From Alphaproteobacteria bacterium (GTDB taxonomy: Bacteria; Pseudomonadota; Alphaproteobacteria; Rhizobiales; Xanthobacteraceae): a stretch of 64,000 bases of DNA. Positions 53,022 to 62,303 of this stretch are shown here, piece after piece (positions within the stretch are counted from its first letter, which is position 1; each line of letters starts with the position of its first letter). Below the pieces are notes generated by a model, which made no database searches, had not been told where the DNA came from, and saw nothing but the letters and a program-made list of their open reading frames with translations. The stretch lies in the NCBI GenBank assembly GCA_034668825.1, contig JAXDOR010000246.1, forward strand, positions 477-64,476. Direction: 5' to 3'. The translations under genes and the position numbers were made by a program.

Positions 53022-53816
53022 CTACCCTCCCGGAGTTGTAATCGTCGGGTTTTCGCCGGACAGCGGATTGTCTCGGTCCCAGGCATAGGTCAGCGTTTCG
53101 AAACGCATCGAGCGCGCATCGATCATCAGCAGGCGGCCGACAAGACCTTCGCCGAAACCGACGATTTCGCGGATCACCTCGAAGGCCATCAGCGAACCAA
53201 GCACTCCGGGCAGCGCGCCGAGGATGCCGACCTCCGAGCACGTGGGCACTGTTCCTGGCGGCGGCGGCTCCGGAAACAGACAACGGTAGGTGGGATTGGG
53301 TTCGCCGCTTGCAGTACGTTCATGCGCGCGGATGGTCGTCAGCGTTCCGTCAAAGGGACCGACCGCTGCAGTGACGAGCGGCTTTTGCGCGAAAAAACAA
53401 GCGTCGGACACAAGATAGCGGGTGGCGAAATTGTCCGATCCATCGGCGATGATGTCGTAACTCGAGATGAGATCGATAGCATTGGAGGCGACCAGCCTTG
53501 TCGCGTGCGCTTCAACGGCGACATGAGGATTGAGCCGGCGGATCAACTCAGCCGCGCTTTCCACTTTAAGCCGTCCGACATCCGGCGTGGCGTGGATCAC
53601 CTGGCGCTGAAGATTTGACAGCGAAACCGCATCGTCATCGACGATCCCGAGGGTGCCGACGCCTGCCGCGGCGAGATAGAGCAGGACTGGCGCGCCAAGC
53701 CCGCCGGCCCCGATCACCAGCACGCGGGCGCGCTTGAGCGCAGCTTGGCCGGGGCCGCCGACCTCGCGCAGGACGATGTGCCGCGCATAGCGTTCAAGCT
53801 CATCGGAACTCAGCAT
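53022..53816 (-). CDS. HesA/MoeB/ThiF-family adenylyltransferase (molybdopterin-synthase adenylyltransferase-like)
   Basis: ERYARHIVLREVGGPGQAALKRARVLVIGAGGLGAP...NLQRQVIH...DGSDNFATRYL, with one CxxC-like pair. Confidence 0.88.
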   Translation of the reverse strand: MLSSDELERYARHIVLREVGGPGQAALKRARVLVIGAGGLGAPVLLYLAAAGVGTLGIVDDDAVSLSNLQRQVIHATPDVGRLKVESAAELIRRLNPHVAVEAHATRLVASNAIDLISSYDIIADGSDNFATRYLVSDACFFAQKPLVTAAVGPFDGTLTTIRAHERTASGEPNPTYRCLFPEPPPPGTVPTCSEVGILGALPGVLGSLMAFEVIREIVGFGEGLVGRLLMIDARSMRFETLTYAWDRDNPLSGENPTITTPGG

Positions 53817-53956
53817 CGGTGATTATATCGCGCGGAGCGGCTATCCATTGCTAGCCATTTTTTGTTCAAGTCTCGCCTCCCTAGCACAATTTGCACACTC
53901 CCATAGTTGCGATAAGATAATGGGAAGTCAGGTAAATTCGGTTGCCGAGGATGCGT

Positions 53957-55402
53957 ATGAAAGTCGCCGGGGCTGCTCTGGTATTGCTGGTGGCGACGCT
54001 ATCCGCGCTGGCAAAGGATGCAACCCCACTGCCGCGTTCGAAGCCGGCCCAGGCTGCGGCGGCTACAGCCACCGGTCCGAAGCCGGCACGAGCAACCAGC
54101 CGCAAATCGAAACAGCCGGCCGCCGCCAATCAGGCCTCGGCTCCCGCCGCTCGCGCCTTGGCCGACAGCTATGCGGGTATTCCGATGGGCGAACGGATCG
54201 CCATCCAATCCGATCTGGTCTGGGCGAGCGATTTCAAAGGCTTTGCCAACGGCGATTTCGACGATCGCGCCGTTGCTGCCGTCAAGGCGTTCCAGAAACG
54301 CTTCAGATCCAAGGAGACCGGAATCCTCAATCCGCAGGAGCGCGAGGCCCTGGCGGCGGCGGCGAAGGAACGCCGGGACGCGGTGGGCTGGCGCGTGGTG
54401 GACGACCCGCTCGGCGGCGGGCGCGTCGGCGTGCCCACCAAGCTGGTCTCTCCGGCGACGGGCGGCAAATCCGGCAGCCGCTGGACTTCGGCGCATGGCG
54501 AGACCGTGATCGAGACGTTCCGCGTCAGTGGACCGAATATCACTTTGGCTGCTGTATTCGATCAGCAGCGGAAAGAACCGCTGGACCGCAGAGTCGAATT
54601 CAACGTGATGCGGGATGACTTTTTCGTCATCTCCGGCCTGCAAGGCCTGAAGAAATTCTACCTGCGCGCTCAGATCAAGGAGGGCGAGGTGCGCGGTATC
54701 ACCGTGCTTTATGACCAAGCCGTGGAAGGCACGATGGAAAAAATTGCCGCCGCGGTGTCGAGCACCTTCCTACCATTCTCCGCTTTCAACGCGGCTAAAT
54801 TGCTCGCCGCGCCGTCGACCCGCAAGGTGGAATACAGCACCGGCATCGTGGTGAGTGGCGCCGGCCATATCATCGCCAACCGGCAGATGACCGATGGCTG
54901 CCACGTTATCTCGGTGCCGAAGTTCGGCAATGCCGAGCGGCTAGCCGAAGATCAGGAAAACGATCTCGCTCTGCTGCGTGTCTATGGCGCCCGCGATCTT
55001 GTTTCGCTGGTGCCCGCAACCGAAGCGCCATCGGCGTCGGATGTGACTCTCGTTGGCATCGCCGATCCGCAGGCGCAGAACGGCGGCGGCGCGGTGAGCA
55101 CGGCGACCGCGCGTCTCGGCGGCGGAAATGCAGCACGGCAGCCAGTCGATCCCACGCCCGCCTTCGGATTTTCCGGCGCGGCTGCAATCGATAAGCAGGG
55201 CCGGCTGGTCGGCGTGGTGGCGTTGAAGCCGCAGCTGGTTGCAGGCGCGGGACTGGCAAATCTGCCGCCGGCTGCGAATGTCACTCCCGCTGAGAGCGTC
55301 CGCAAATTCCTAGAGGCGCAGGGCGTGCCTTCTGCCACGGGCCGCTCCGGCGTAGATGACGCCAAAGCTTCCGTGGTGCGCGTGATCTGCGTCAGGAAGT
55401 AA
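53957..55402 (+). CDS. Exported peptidoglycan-binding domain / trypsin-like serine protease family protein
   Basis: Signal peptide MKVAGAALVLLVATLSALA (the ORF track starts at TTG 53942). PG_binding_1-like segment (DFDDRAVAAVKAFQKRF...GILN). The C-terminal region resembles S1-type proteases (ENDLALLRV...GFSGAAAID..GRLVGV). Confidence 0.7.
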   Translation: MKVAGAALVLLVATLSALAKDATPLPRSKPAQAAAATATGPKPARATSRKSKQPAAANQASAPAARALADSYAGIPMGERIAIQSDLVWASDFKGFANGDFDDRAVAAVKAFQKRFRSKETGILNPQEREALAAAAKERRDAVGWRVVDDPLGGGRVGVPTKLVSPATGGKSGSRWTSAHGETVIETFRVSGPNITLAAVFDQQRKEPLDRRVEFNVMRDDFFVISGLQGLKKFYLRAQIKEGEVRGITVLYDQAVEGTMEKIAAAVSSTFLPFSAFNAAKLLAAPSTRKVEYSTGIVVSGAGHIIANRQMTDGCHVISVPKFGNAERLAEDQENDLALLRVYGARDLVSLVPATEAPSASDVTLVGIADPQAQNGGGAVSTATARLGGGNAARQPVDPTPAFGFSGAAAIDKQGRLVGVVALKPQLVAGAGLANLPPAANVTPAESVRKFLEAQGVPSATGRSGVDDAKASVVRVICVRK

Positions 55403-55433
55403 CGCCTTCAACCAAATTCAAGGATTTCACTGC

Positions 55434-55498
55434 TCATTCCCGCGTAAGCGGGAATCCAGATAGTCACGCTTTCTGAATCCACGCTTCCGCGGGACGAG
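55434..55498. repeat. Inverted pair of short REP-type hairpin units
   Basis: TCATTCCCGCGTAAGCGGGAATCCAG (55434-55459) and CTGAATCCACGCTTCCGCGGGACGAG (55473-55498). Confidence 0.55.
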
Positions 55499-55508
55499 GG
55501 ATGAATTT

Positions 55509-55714
55509 AGCCAACGCTCCGCAGGCCCTATTGTTGGCGGCGCGGGCCACGCCGGTGTCCCTTTTTTCCGTTCCCTCGAAAGGGAAATGGAGCGCCGGGA
55601 GGCGCCAGGGAGCTTGCGAGGCCCCCTTGGCAGGCCTTGCGATCGGCCCGCCGGAACGCTTGCGAGGCGTTCCGCTCCCCAGTGACGTAGGGGAGCGGCG
55701 CCTCCCGGCGCTCC
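55509..55714 (-). repeat. Structured repeat element, copy B (inverted relative to copy A): 126-bp core 55589-55714 with perfect 18-bp terminal inverted repeats, plus ~80 bp of extended homology
   Basis: GGAGCGCCGGGAGGCGCC at 55589-55606 and its reverse complement at 55697-55714. The reverse complement aligns base-for-base with 14501-14709 apart from a few substitutions and one 4-bp indel. Confidence 0.85.
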
Positions 55715-55849
55715 ACTTTCCGGCTCCGCATGAGGCGGGGCCGGACCGCTCTCGCTGTGAGGCGAGTCATGACGAGCGCGTCTCAGCGAGCAAGGTGATA
55801 GGAATTTAATCACAAAACGCTGACGGTGTCAAGTGCCTCGCAGAAAGCC

Positions 55850-56478
55850 TCACGGCTCCAAGACGATGCTTTTCCCGGGCGCGAAAACATAGGTCCTACG
55901 ATCCAGTTCCCGGCCGGCGCGGTCGTTGCGCAAGACCCATTCGATGCTGAGGCAGTGTTTCCATTCGCCGCAATCGAAATCGATATTCTTGATGCTGATG
56001 GTCGCGACTTTGCGTCGGGTTTTTTGTCGTACCAGCACGTGTAGTGGAACGTGCGCATTTCACCCTGCTTCCATATGCCAAGCGGATACTCGCCTTCCTG
56101 GTCACAGGCGTCGATGCCGAAACGCGAATCTCCGGCACGGCCGATCGCGGCTTGGTCATCACGCACGGCGAAAACCTGATCCGCCGCGTTAAGGCCGCCG
56201 CGAGAGCGATAATAAACGGTGAGGCGGCGACCGGTGACCGGATGGGTCCAGCTTTCCGGCCCTTTCCAGGTGCTACCGCCCGCTGTCTGACGAAAAGTGC
56301 CAGATGGATAGTTGATGCTACGATGGCCGTTCCATGCCGCGCCGAGGATCAATTCCATCGGTATGAAGCGCGAGCGGGTCGACACGTCATAGGCCTCGTC
56401 CCAGACGTCGGCGTGAGCGGCCGCCGCAGGCATGGCAGCCAGCGCCAGGCCATATATTGCGGAGCAAAACTGGGTCAT
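55850..56478 (-). pseudogene. Secreted hypothetical protein gene, frameshifted at an A6 run
   Basis: The N-terminal frame (ATG 56478, signal peptide MTQFCSAIYGLALAAMPAAAAHA) reads sensibly to ...HYTCWYDKK. After the homopolymer at 56030-56035, protein-like sequence with high third-position G+C continues only in the frame of ORF 55850..56038 (...RRKVATISIKNIDFDCGEWKHCLSIEWVLRNDRAGRELDRRTYVFAPGKSIVLEP). Confidence 0.65.
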
Positions 56479-56481
56479 GTC

Positions 56482-57366
56482 CTACTTTTGGCAGACGGGA
56501 CAGAAGAATGTCGAACGGCCATTCTGCACGATGCGCTTGACCGTGCCGCCGCAACCGCGCGTCGGGCACAGCTTTCCCTCGCGGTCGTAGACCCGAAAAT
56601 TGTGCTGGAAGTCGCCGAGCGCGCCATCGGTGCGGCGATGATCGCGCAAGGATGAGCCGCCGGCTTCGATGGCGTCGTTCAGCACTGCCTTGATGGCATC
56701 GACCACCGCGGCGGCGCGTTCGTTAGGATTGCCTTTGCGGTCCGCGATGGTCGAAGCGCCGCGTTTCGGCGACAGCCGCGCGCGATGCAGCGCCTCGCAG
56801 ACATAGATATTGCCGAGCCCGGCGACGACGCGTTGATCCATCAGTGCCGCTTTCAGCGAAGTCTTCTTCCCGGCGCAGGCGCGCGCCAGCATCGCGGCAT
56901 CGAAGGCGTTGCCGAGCGGCTCCGGGCCCATCGCTTTCATTAAAGGATGTTGCTCGAGCTGCGCGCGCGGCGTCAGCTTCATGAATCCGAAGCGGCGCGG
57001 ATCGTTGAAGGTGACGATGCCGCCGTTCGACATGTGGAACACCACATGATCATGCTTCACATGTTTCGCGCGTTCATGGTGATAGCGCGCGGTGTTCTTC
57101 TCCTCGCCGCCGCGGCGGAAGACGTGGAAGGAGCCCGACATGCCCAGATGCATCATCAGCACGTCGCCCGAGGAAAGATCGAGCAGCAGATATTTCCCAC
57201 GCCGGCCGAGGCCCTTCACGGTCTTGCCTTGAAGCTGCGCGGCGAAGTCCTTCGGCAGCGGCCAGCGCAGATCCGGCCGCCGCGCCTCCACCTCGGCGAA
57301 GCGCGCGCCGTCCATCACCGGCTCCAGGCCGCGGCACACGGTTTCGACTTCGGGAAGTTCTGGCAT
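56482..57366 (-). CDS. mutM: Formamidopyrimidine-DNA glycosylase
   Basis: Trimmed to ATG 57366 ([16 protein letters not shown]). C-terminal zinc finger [27 protein letters not shown]. The extra 45 codons in the ORF track are REP units. Confidence 0.95.
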   Translation of the reverse strand: MPELPEVETVCRGLEPVMDGARFAEVEARRPDLRWPLPKDFAAQLQGKTVKGLGRRGKYLLLDLSSGDVLMMHLGMSGSFHVFRRGGEEKNTARYHHERAKHVKHDHVVFHMSNGGIVTFNDPRRFGFMKLTPRAQLEQHPLMKAMGPEPLGNAFDAAMLARACAGKKTSLKAALMDQRVVAGLGNIYVCEALHRARLSPKRGASTIADRKGNPNERAAAVVDAIKAVLNDAIEAGGSSLRDHRRTDGALGDFQHNFRVYDREGKLCPTRGCGGTVKRIVQNGRSTFFCPVCQK

Positions 57367-57380
57367 GGTTTGAATCCATT

Positions 57381-57488
57381 CGTCATTCCGGGACGCGAGC
57401 GAAGCTCGCGGGCCCGGAATCCAGATGCGGGAACTGCAAGTCTTCTGGATTCCGGGTTCGCCGCTTTCGCGGCGCCCCGGAATGACGG
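57381..57488. repeat. Inverted pair of REP-type units (CGTCATTCCGGG...CCCGGAATCCAG family)
   Basis: Unit at 57381-57424 and an inverted unit at 57445-57488, in the mutM/ubiE divergent intergenic region. Each unit is itself a hairpin. Confidence 0.75.
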
Positions 57489-57553
57489 GAGTGGATGTCA
57501 TAGCGCCCTTACCCCATCCGCGCTATGGTCCTGCCGGAAAAGGACTATTGAGC

Positions 57554-58306
57554 ATGCCGGCCAGGCAAAACACGCATTTCGGCTTTGAAGACGTGCCACT
57601 TGCGGAGAAGCAAGGGCGCGTGGACGAGGTCTTTTCCTCGGTGGCTGGCCGCTACGACCTGATGAACGACCTGATGTCCGGCGGCCTGCACCGCGCCTGG
57701 AAAGGCGCGCTAGTGACGGCCGTGAACCCGCCCAAAAATGGTAGGCCGTTCGCGCTGGTCGACGTGGCGGGCGGCACCGGCGACATTGCCTTCCGTGTGA
57801 CCGACACAGGCGGCGCCGGCACGCGCGCCACCGTGGTCGACATCAACCGCGAGATGCTCGCGGTCGGCCGGCAGCGCGCCGAAAAGCAGGGGCGGAACGT
57901 CACATTCACCGAAGGCAACGCCGAGGCGCTGCCGTTTGCCGACCGCAGTTTCGATGCCGTCACCATCGCCTTTGGTATTCGCAACGTGCCGCGGATCGAG
58001 CGCGCGCTGGAGGAAGCACATCGTGTGCTGCGGATCGGCGGGCGTTTTCTCTGCTTGGAATTTTCCAGCGTCGACGTGCCCGGCCTCGATGCGCTCTACG
58101 ATCTCTATTCCTTCAATGTCATCCCCGCGCTTGGCCGCGCGGTGACGGGCGATGCCGAAGCCTATCGCTATCTCGTGGAATCCATCCGCCGCTTTCCGAA
58201 GCCCAAGGCTTTCACCGATATGATCGGTGCGGCTGGCTTCCGCCGCGCCTCCTTTCGAACAATGACCGGCGGTATTGTTGCGCTGCATTCCGGCTGGCGG
58301 TTGTGA
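57554..58306 (+). CDS. ubiE: Ubiquinone/menaquinone biosynthesis C-methyltransferase UbiE
   Basis: Trimmed to ATG 57554 ([50 protein letters not shown]). SAM-binding motif DVAGGTGD. Confidence 0.93.
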   Translation: MPARQNTHFGFEDVPLAEKQGRVDEVFSSVAGRYDLMNDLMSGGLHRAWKGALVTAVNPPKNGRPFALVDVAGGTGDIAFRVTDTGGAGTRATVVDINREMLAVGRQRAEKQGRNVTFTEGNAEALPFADRSFDAVTIAFGIRNVPRIERALEEAHRVLRIGGRFLCLEFSSVDVPGLDALYDLYSFNVIPALGRAVTGDAEAYRYLVESIRRFPKPKAFTDMIGAAGFRRASFRTMTGGIVALHSGWRL

Positions 58307-58316
58307 TTTTCCGACC

Positions 58317-59858
58317 ATGATCTCTTCACTCGCCCATCTTGCCCGTCTGGCGCGCGCGGCGTTCGTGTTCGCACGCGAAGGCGTGTTCGGCTTAGTCGAT
58401 CCGGCGCCGCTCCCGGTCGGCGCGCGCATGGCGCTGCGCATCGCCCGGCTGATCGAGCGGCCGACCACCAGCGCCGGCGTTGGCCGGCTTGCCATCGCGC
58501 TGACCGAACTCGGACCGACCTATGTGAAGCTCGGCCAGTTCCTGGCGACGCGTCCCGACGTGGTTGGCGTAACCATGGCGCGCAGTCTCGAAAGCCTGCA
58601 GGACAGGATGCCGCCGTTCCCGCAGGCCGAAGCCGAAGCGGTGGTGACTCACGCATTCGAAAGGCCGCTCGGCACCGTGTTCTCTTCCTTTGGGCCGCCG
58701 GTCGCGGCGGCTTCGATCGCGCAGGTGCATCGCGCCACGGTCATGAGTGATGCCGGCCCGCGTGCCGTCGCGGTCAAGGTGTTGCGTCCCGGCGTCGAGC
58801 ATCGCTTCAAGGTCGACCTCGATGCGTTTTTCTTCGCCGCGCGCCATGCCGAAGCCTTTTCCGCCGAAGCGCGGCGGCTGCGCCTGATCGAAATCGTCGA
58901 CACGCTGTCGCGCTCGGTGCGGCTGGAGATGGATTTCCGCCTGGAGGCGGCTGCGCTGTCGGAACTCGCGGAGAATACCAAGGATGACCCGGATTTCCGC
59001 GTGCCCGCTGTCGACTGGGACCGCACGGCGCGCGAGGTGCTGACGCTGGAATGGATCGAGGCGACGCCGCTGTCGGACCGGGCGCGGCTTGAGGCCAAGG
59101 ACTTCGATCTGCCGCAGCTTGGCCGCGCGGTGATCCAGACCTTTTTGCGCCACGCGCTGCGCGACGGTTTCTTCCATGCCGACATGCATCCGGGAAATCT
59201 GTTCGTCGATGATGACGGCAAGCTGGTGGCGGTCGATTTCGGCATCATGGGCAGGCTCGGTCCGAAGGAACGCCGCTTCCTGGCGGAAATCCTCTACGGC
59301 TTCATCACCCGGGATTATTACCGTACGGCGGAAGTGCATTTCGAGGCGGGCTATGTACCGCGGCATCATTCCGTCGAGAGCTTTGCGCAAGCGATCCGCG
59401 CCATCGGCGAACCGATCCACAATCGCGCCGCCGAAGACATTTCGATGGCGAAGCTGTTGATGCTGCTGTTCGAGGTCACCGGACTATTCGACATGCGCAC
59501 GCGGCCGGAACTCTTGTTGCTGCAGAAAACCATGGTCGTGGTGGAAGGCGTCGGGCGCGCACTCGACCCCAAGCTCGACATGTGGAAGACCGCCGAGCCG
59601 GTGGTGCGCGAATGGATCGAGCGGCATCTCGGGCCGGTCGGCAAGATCGAGGACGCGGCGCAATTTGACGCAGCTTGCCGACGACGGCATCCACTTCATC
59701 GGGCCGAACACAGGCGAGATGGCGGAGACTGGCGAGGCCGGCATCGGCCGCATGGCCGAGCCATTGGAGATTGTCGCCGCAGCAGAAAAGTATTTGCCGA
59801 AACCCGCCGGGCCGCTGAGCGGCAAGCGCGTCATCGTCACCTCCGGGCCGACACATGA
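58317..59858 (+). CDS. ubiB: UbiB (ABC1-family ubiquinone biosynthesis protein), apparently 3'-truncated; the reading frame runs on out of frame through coaBC-derived sequence
   Basis: Trimmed to ATG 58317. UbiB-like sequence runs up to ...DMWKTAEPVVREWIERHLGPVGKIEDAA (about 59655). The last ~65 codons are Arg-rich with no TM helices, unlike the membrane-anchored C-terminus expected for UbiB. Confidence 0.75.
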   Translation: MISSLAHLARLARAAFVFAREGVFGLVDPAPLPVGARMALRIARLIERPTTSAGVGRLAIALTELGPTYVKLGQFLATRPDVVGVTMARSLESLQDRMPPFPQAEAEAVVTHAFERPLGTVFSSFGPPVAAASIAQVHRATVMSDAGPRAVAVKVLRPGVEHRFKVDLDAFFFAARHAEAFSAEARRLRLIEIVDTLSRSVRLEMDFRLEAAALSELAENTKDDPDFRVPAVDWDRTAREVLTLEWIEATPLSDRARLEAKDFDLPQLGRAVIQTFLRHALRDGFFHADMHPGNLFVDDDGKLVAVDFGIMGRLGPKERRFLAEILYGFITRDYYRTAEVHFEAGYVPRHHSVESFAQAIRAIGEPIHNRAAEDISMAKLLMLLFEVTGLFDMRTRPELLLLQKTMVVVEGVGRALDPKLDMWKTAEPVVREWIERHLGPVGKIEDAAQFDAACRRRHPLHRAEHRRDGGDWRGRHRPHGRAIGDCRRSRKVFAETRRAAERQARHRHLRADT

Positions 59859-60465
59859 GCCGATCGATCCGGTGCGTTACATCGCCAACCGTTCCTCGGG
59901 AAAACAGGGCCATGCCATTGCCGCGGCCGCCGCGGCTGCGGGCGCCGACGTGTTGCTGGTGTCCGGGCCGGTGAATTTACCCGATCCTGCGGGCGTGACC
60001 GTGGTGAAGGTGGAAACGGCGCGGCAGATGCTGGCCGCCGTCGAGCAGGCTTTGCCAGCGGATGCTGCCGTCTTCGCCGCGGCGGTTGCCGACTGGCGTA
60101 GCGACGAAGCCACGCAGAAAATGAAGAAAGGCGCGGGCGGTGCGCCGACGCTCGCGCTCACGGAAAATCCCGACATTCTCGCCAGCGTGGCGCAAGGCAA
60201 GGCGAAGCGGCCGAAGCTCGTCGTCGGCTTCGCGGCGGAAACCGAGCATGTGATCGATAACGCCAAATCCAAGCGCGCAAGCAAGGGCTGCGACTGGATT
60301 GTCGCCAATGACGTGTCGCCCTCGGCCGGCGTGTTCGGCGGCGACCGCAACACCGTGCATCTGATCACCGGCGCTGGAGTGGAATCCTGGCCCTCGCAAT
60401 CCAAGAGCGAAGTGGCCGATAATCTGATCGCGCGGATCGCCGCGGCGCTGGCGGAGACAGCATGA
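59665..60465 (+). CDS. coaBC: CoaBC fragment: last part of the CoaC (decarboxylase) domain plus a complete CoaB (phosphopantothenate-cysteine ligase) domain; about 125 N-terminal codons missing
   Basis: The in-frame sequence from 59653 reads [40 protein letters not shown]..., which corresponds to roughly residues 125-165 of E. coli Dfp. It is followed by [31 protein letters not shown] (CoaB). The flavin-binding N-terminus is not encoded upstream. Only a TTG (59665) or an internal ATG (59719) is available as a start. Confidence 0.7.
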   Translation: MTQLADDGIHFIGPNTGEMAETGEAGIGRMAEPLEIVAAAEKYLPKPAGPLSGKRVIVTSGPTHEPIDPVRYIANRSSGKQGHAIAAAAAAAGADVLLVSGPVNLPDPAGVTVVKVETARQMLAAVEQALPADAAVFAAAVADWRSDEATQKMKKGAGGAPTLALTENPDILASVAQGKAKRPKLVVGFAAETEHVIDNAKSKRASKGCDWIVANDVSPSAGVFGGDRNTVHLITGAGVESWPSQSKSEVADNLIARIAAALAETA

Positions 60466-60917
60466 GTAACATCGAAATCCAGGTGATCCGGCTGCCGCAT
60501 GGCGCCGGTCTGCCGCTGCCGGAATACCAGAGCGCGCAGGCCGCGGGCCTCGATCTGCTCGCCGCCGTGCCGGTGGACGCGCCACTGACCCTGGCACCGG
60601 GAGCACGGGCAATGGTGCCGACGGGCATCGCCATCGCGCTGCCGCCAGGAACCGAAGCGCAGGTTCGACCTCGCTCCGGCCTTGCCGCCAAACACGGGGT
60701 CACCGTACTCAACACGCCCGGTACGGTAGACGCCGATTATCGCGGAGAAATCCAGGTCCTCCTGGTCAATCTCGGCAGTGAGCCTTTCGCCGTCAGCCGA
60801 GGCATGCGTATCGCGCAACTGGTGATCGCGTCCGTGCTGCGCGTGCGGATTTCGGAAACGCCGGCGCTTGGCCAGACCTCGCGCGGCAGCGGCGGTTTCG
60901 GATCGACGGGAGCCTAA
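60462..60917 (+). CDS. dut: dUTP diphosphatase
   Basis: [28 protein letters not shown] and [10 protein letters not shown] motifs. The start overlaps the coaBC stop. Confidence 0.95.
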   Translation: MSNIEIQVIRLPHGAGLPLPEYQSAQAAGLDLLAAVPVDAPLTLAPGARAMVPTGIAIALPPGTEAQVRPRSGLAAKHGVTVLNTPGTVDADYRGEIQVLLVNLGSEPFAVSRGMRIAQLVIASVLRVRISETPALGQTSRGSGGFGSTGA

Positions 60918-61032
60918 CCCTCATACTGGGACCGCTCCGCCTCAGATGAGAGCGGCTCGGTTGCTATCGACCCAGCGCCGCAAAAACGATAAGACGCGCC
61001 AACGTCGCCATCTTGCGTCACAGGAGAACGTC

Positions 61033-62013
61033 ATGCCGACTGCGCGGAAGCCAACTGCATCCATGCCCGCGCAAAGCCGCGGCCGAATTTATGACTCCAT
61101 CACCGACACCATCGGCGACACGCCGCTGGTGCGGCTGAACCGCTTGCCGCAAATGCACGGCGTCAGGGCAAATATCCTTGCCAAGCTGGAATTCTTCAAT
61201 CCCATCTCCAGCGTCAAGGACCGCATCGGCGTCGCCATGATCGACGCGCTGGAAGCCCAGGGAAAGATTGGTCCGGATACCGTGCTGGTCGAGCCGACCT
61301 CGGGCAATACCGGCATCGCGCTTGCCTTCGTCGCGGCGGCGCGCGGCTATCGCCTCATTCTGGTGATGCCGGATTCAATGTCGCTGGAACGCCGCAAGAT
61401 GCTGCTCCTGCTCGGCGCGCAGCTTGAATTGACGCCGGCGGCCCAGGGTATGCGCGGTGCCATCGCCAAAGCGGAGGAATTGCTGAAGACTAAGAAGAGC
61501 GCAGTAATGCCGCAGCAGTTCAGCAATCCGGCGAATCCGGAAATCCATCGCCGCACTACCGCCGAGGAAATCTGGAACGACACGCAAGGCTCGGTTGACG
61601 TCTTTGTTTCCGGTGTCGGCACTGGCGGCACCATCACCGGCGTCGGGCAGGTACTCAAGCAGCGTAAGCCTTCCGTGCGGATTGTCGCGGTCGAACCGGA
61701 GGACAGCGCAGTGCTGTCGGGGAAACCGCCGGGGCCGCACAAGATCCAGGGTATCGGCGCCGGATTTATTCCGGAAATCCTCGACCGCTCGGTCATCGAC
61801 GAGGTGGTCGCTGTCAGCAACCAGACTTCTTTCGACACCGCCCGCGCGTTGGCGCACTACGAAGGAATTCCGGGCGGCATTTCATCGGGCGCGGCAGTCG
61901 CCGCCGCGTTGCTAATCGGCGCGCGGCCCGATATGGCCGGCAAGAATATCGTTGTCGTGCTGCCGTCCTTTGCGGAGCGGTATCTGTCGACGGCGTTGTT
62001 CGAGGGATTGTAG
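61033..62013 (+). CDS. cysK: Cysteine synthase A (O-acetylserine sulfhydrylase)
   Basis: Trimmed to ATG 61033, which is preceded by AGGAGA. Contains [23 protein letters not shown] (PLP lysine) and [10 protein letters not shown]. Confidence 0.92.
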   Translation: MPTARKPTASMPAQSRGRIYDSITDTIGDTPLVRLNRLPQMHGVRANILAKLEFFNPISSVKDRIGVAMIDALEAQGKIGPDTVLVEPTSGNTGIALAFVAAARGYRLILVMPDSMSLERRKMLLLLGAQLELTPAAQGMRGAIAKAEELLKTKKSAVMPQQFSNPANPEIHRRTTAEEIWNDTQGSVDVFVSGVGTGGTITGVGQVLKQRKPSVRIVAVEPEDSAVLSGKPPGPHKIQGIGAGFIPEILDRSVIDEVVAVSNQTSFDTARALAHYEGIPGGISSGAAVAAALLIGARPDMAGKNIVVVLPSFAERYLSTALFEGL

Positions 62014-62022
62014 GAACATCCG

Positions 62023-62123
62023 GCCTCATGGTGAGGCGCATCCCGAAGGGATGCGTCTCGAACCATAGCCGTCCTCGTCCTTCGAGACGCAATGCTGCGC
62101 ATCGCTCCTCAGGATGAGGACGG
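62023..62123. repeat. REP-type composite of two hairpin units downstream of cysK
   Basis: CTCATGGTGAGGCGCATCCCGAAGGGATGCGTCTCGAACCATAG, then CCGTCCTCGTCCTTCGAGACGCAATGCTGCGCATCGCTCCTCAGGATGAGGACGG. Both are long imperfect palindromes. Confidence 0.6.
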
Positions 62124-62303
62124 AGCAGAAGCCGGCGGTATTCAAAGGCCTACTTACGCCGTTCACGGTCTGGACTCTTTCGGCGCGATTCCCGTTGGGA
62201 GTAATGTCGAGCGATTCGCGCGCGACCTGGCGGACGCCGCGATCAGCGCTGAACAGCGGCGGCGCTGGCGATAGAGGTTCGGGCCGACCTGGGGCAAGCC
62301 TAC

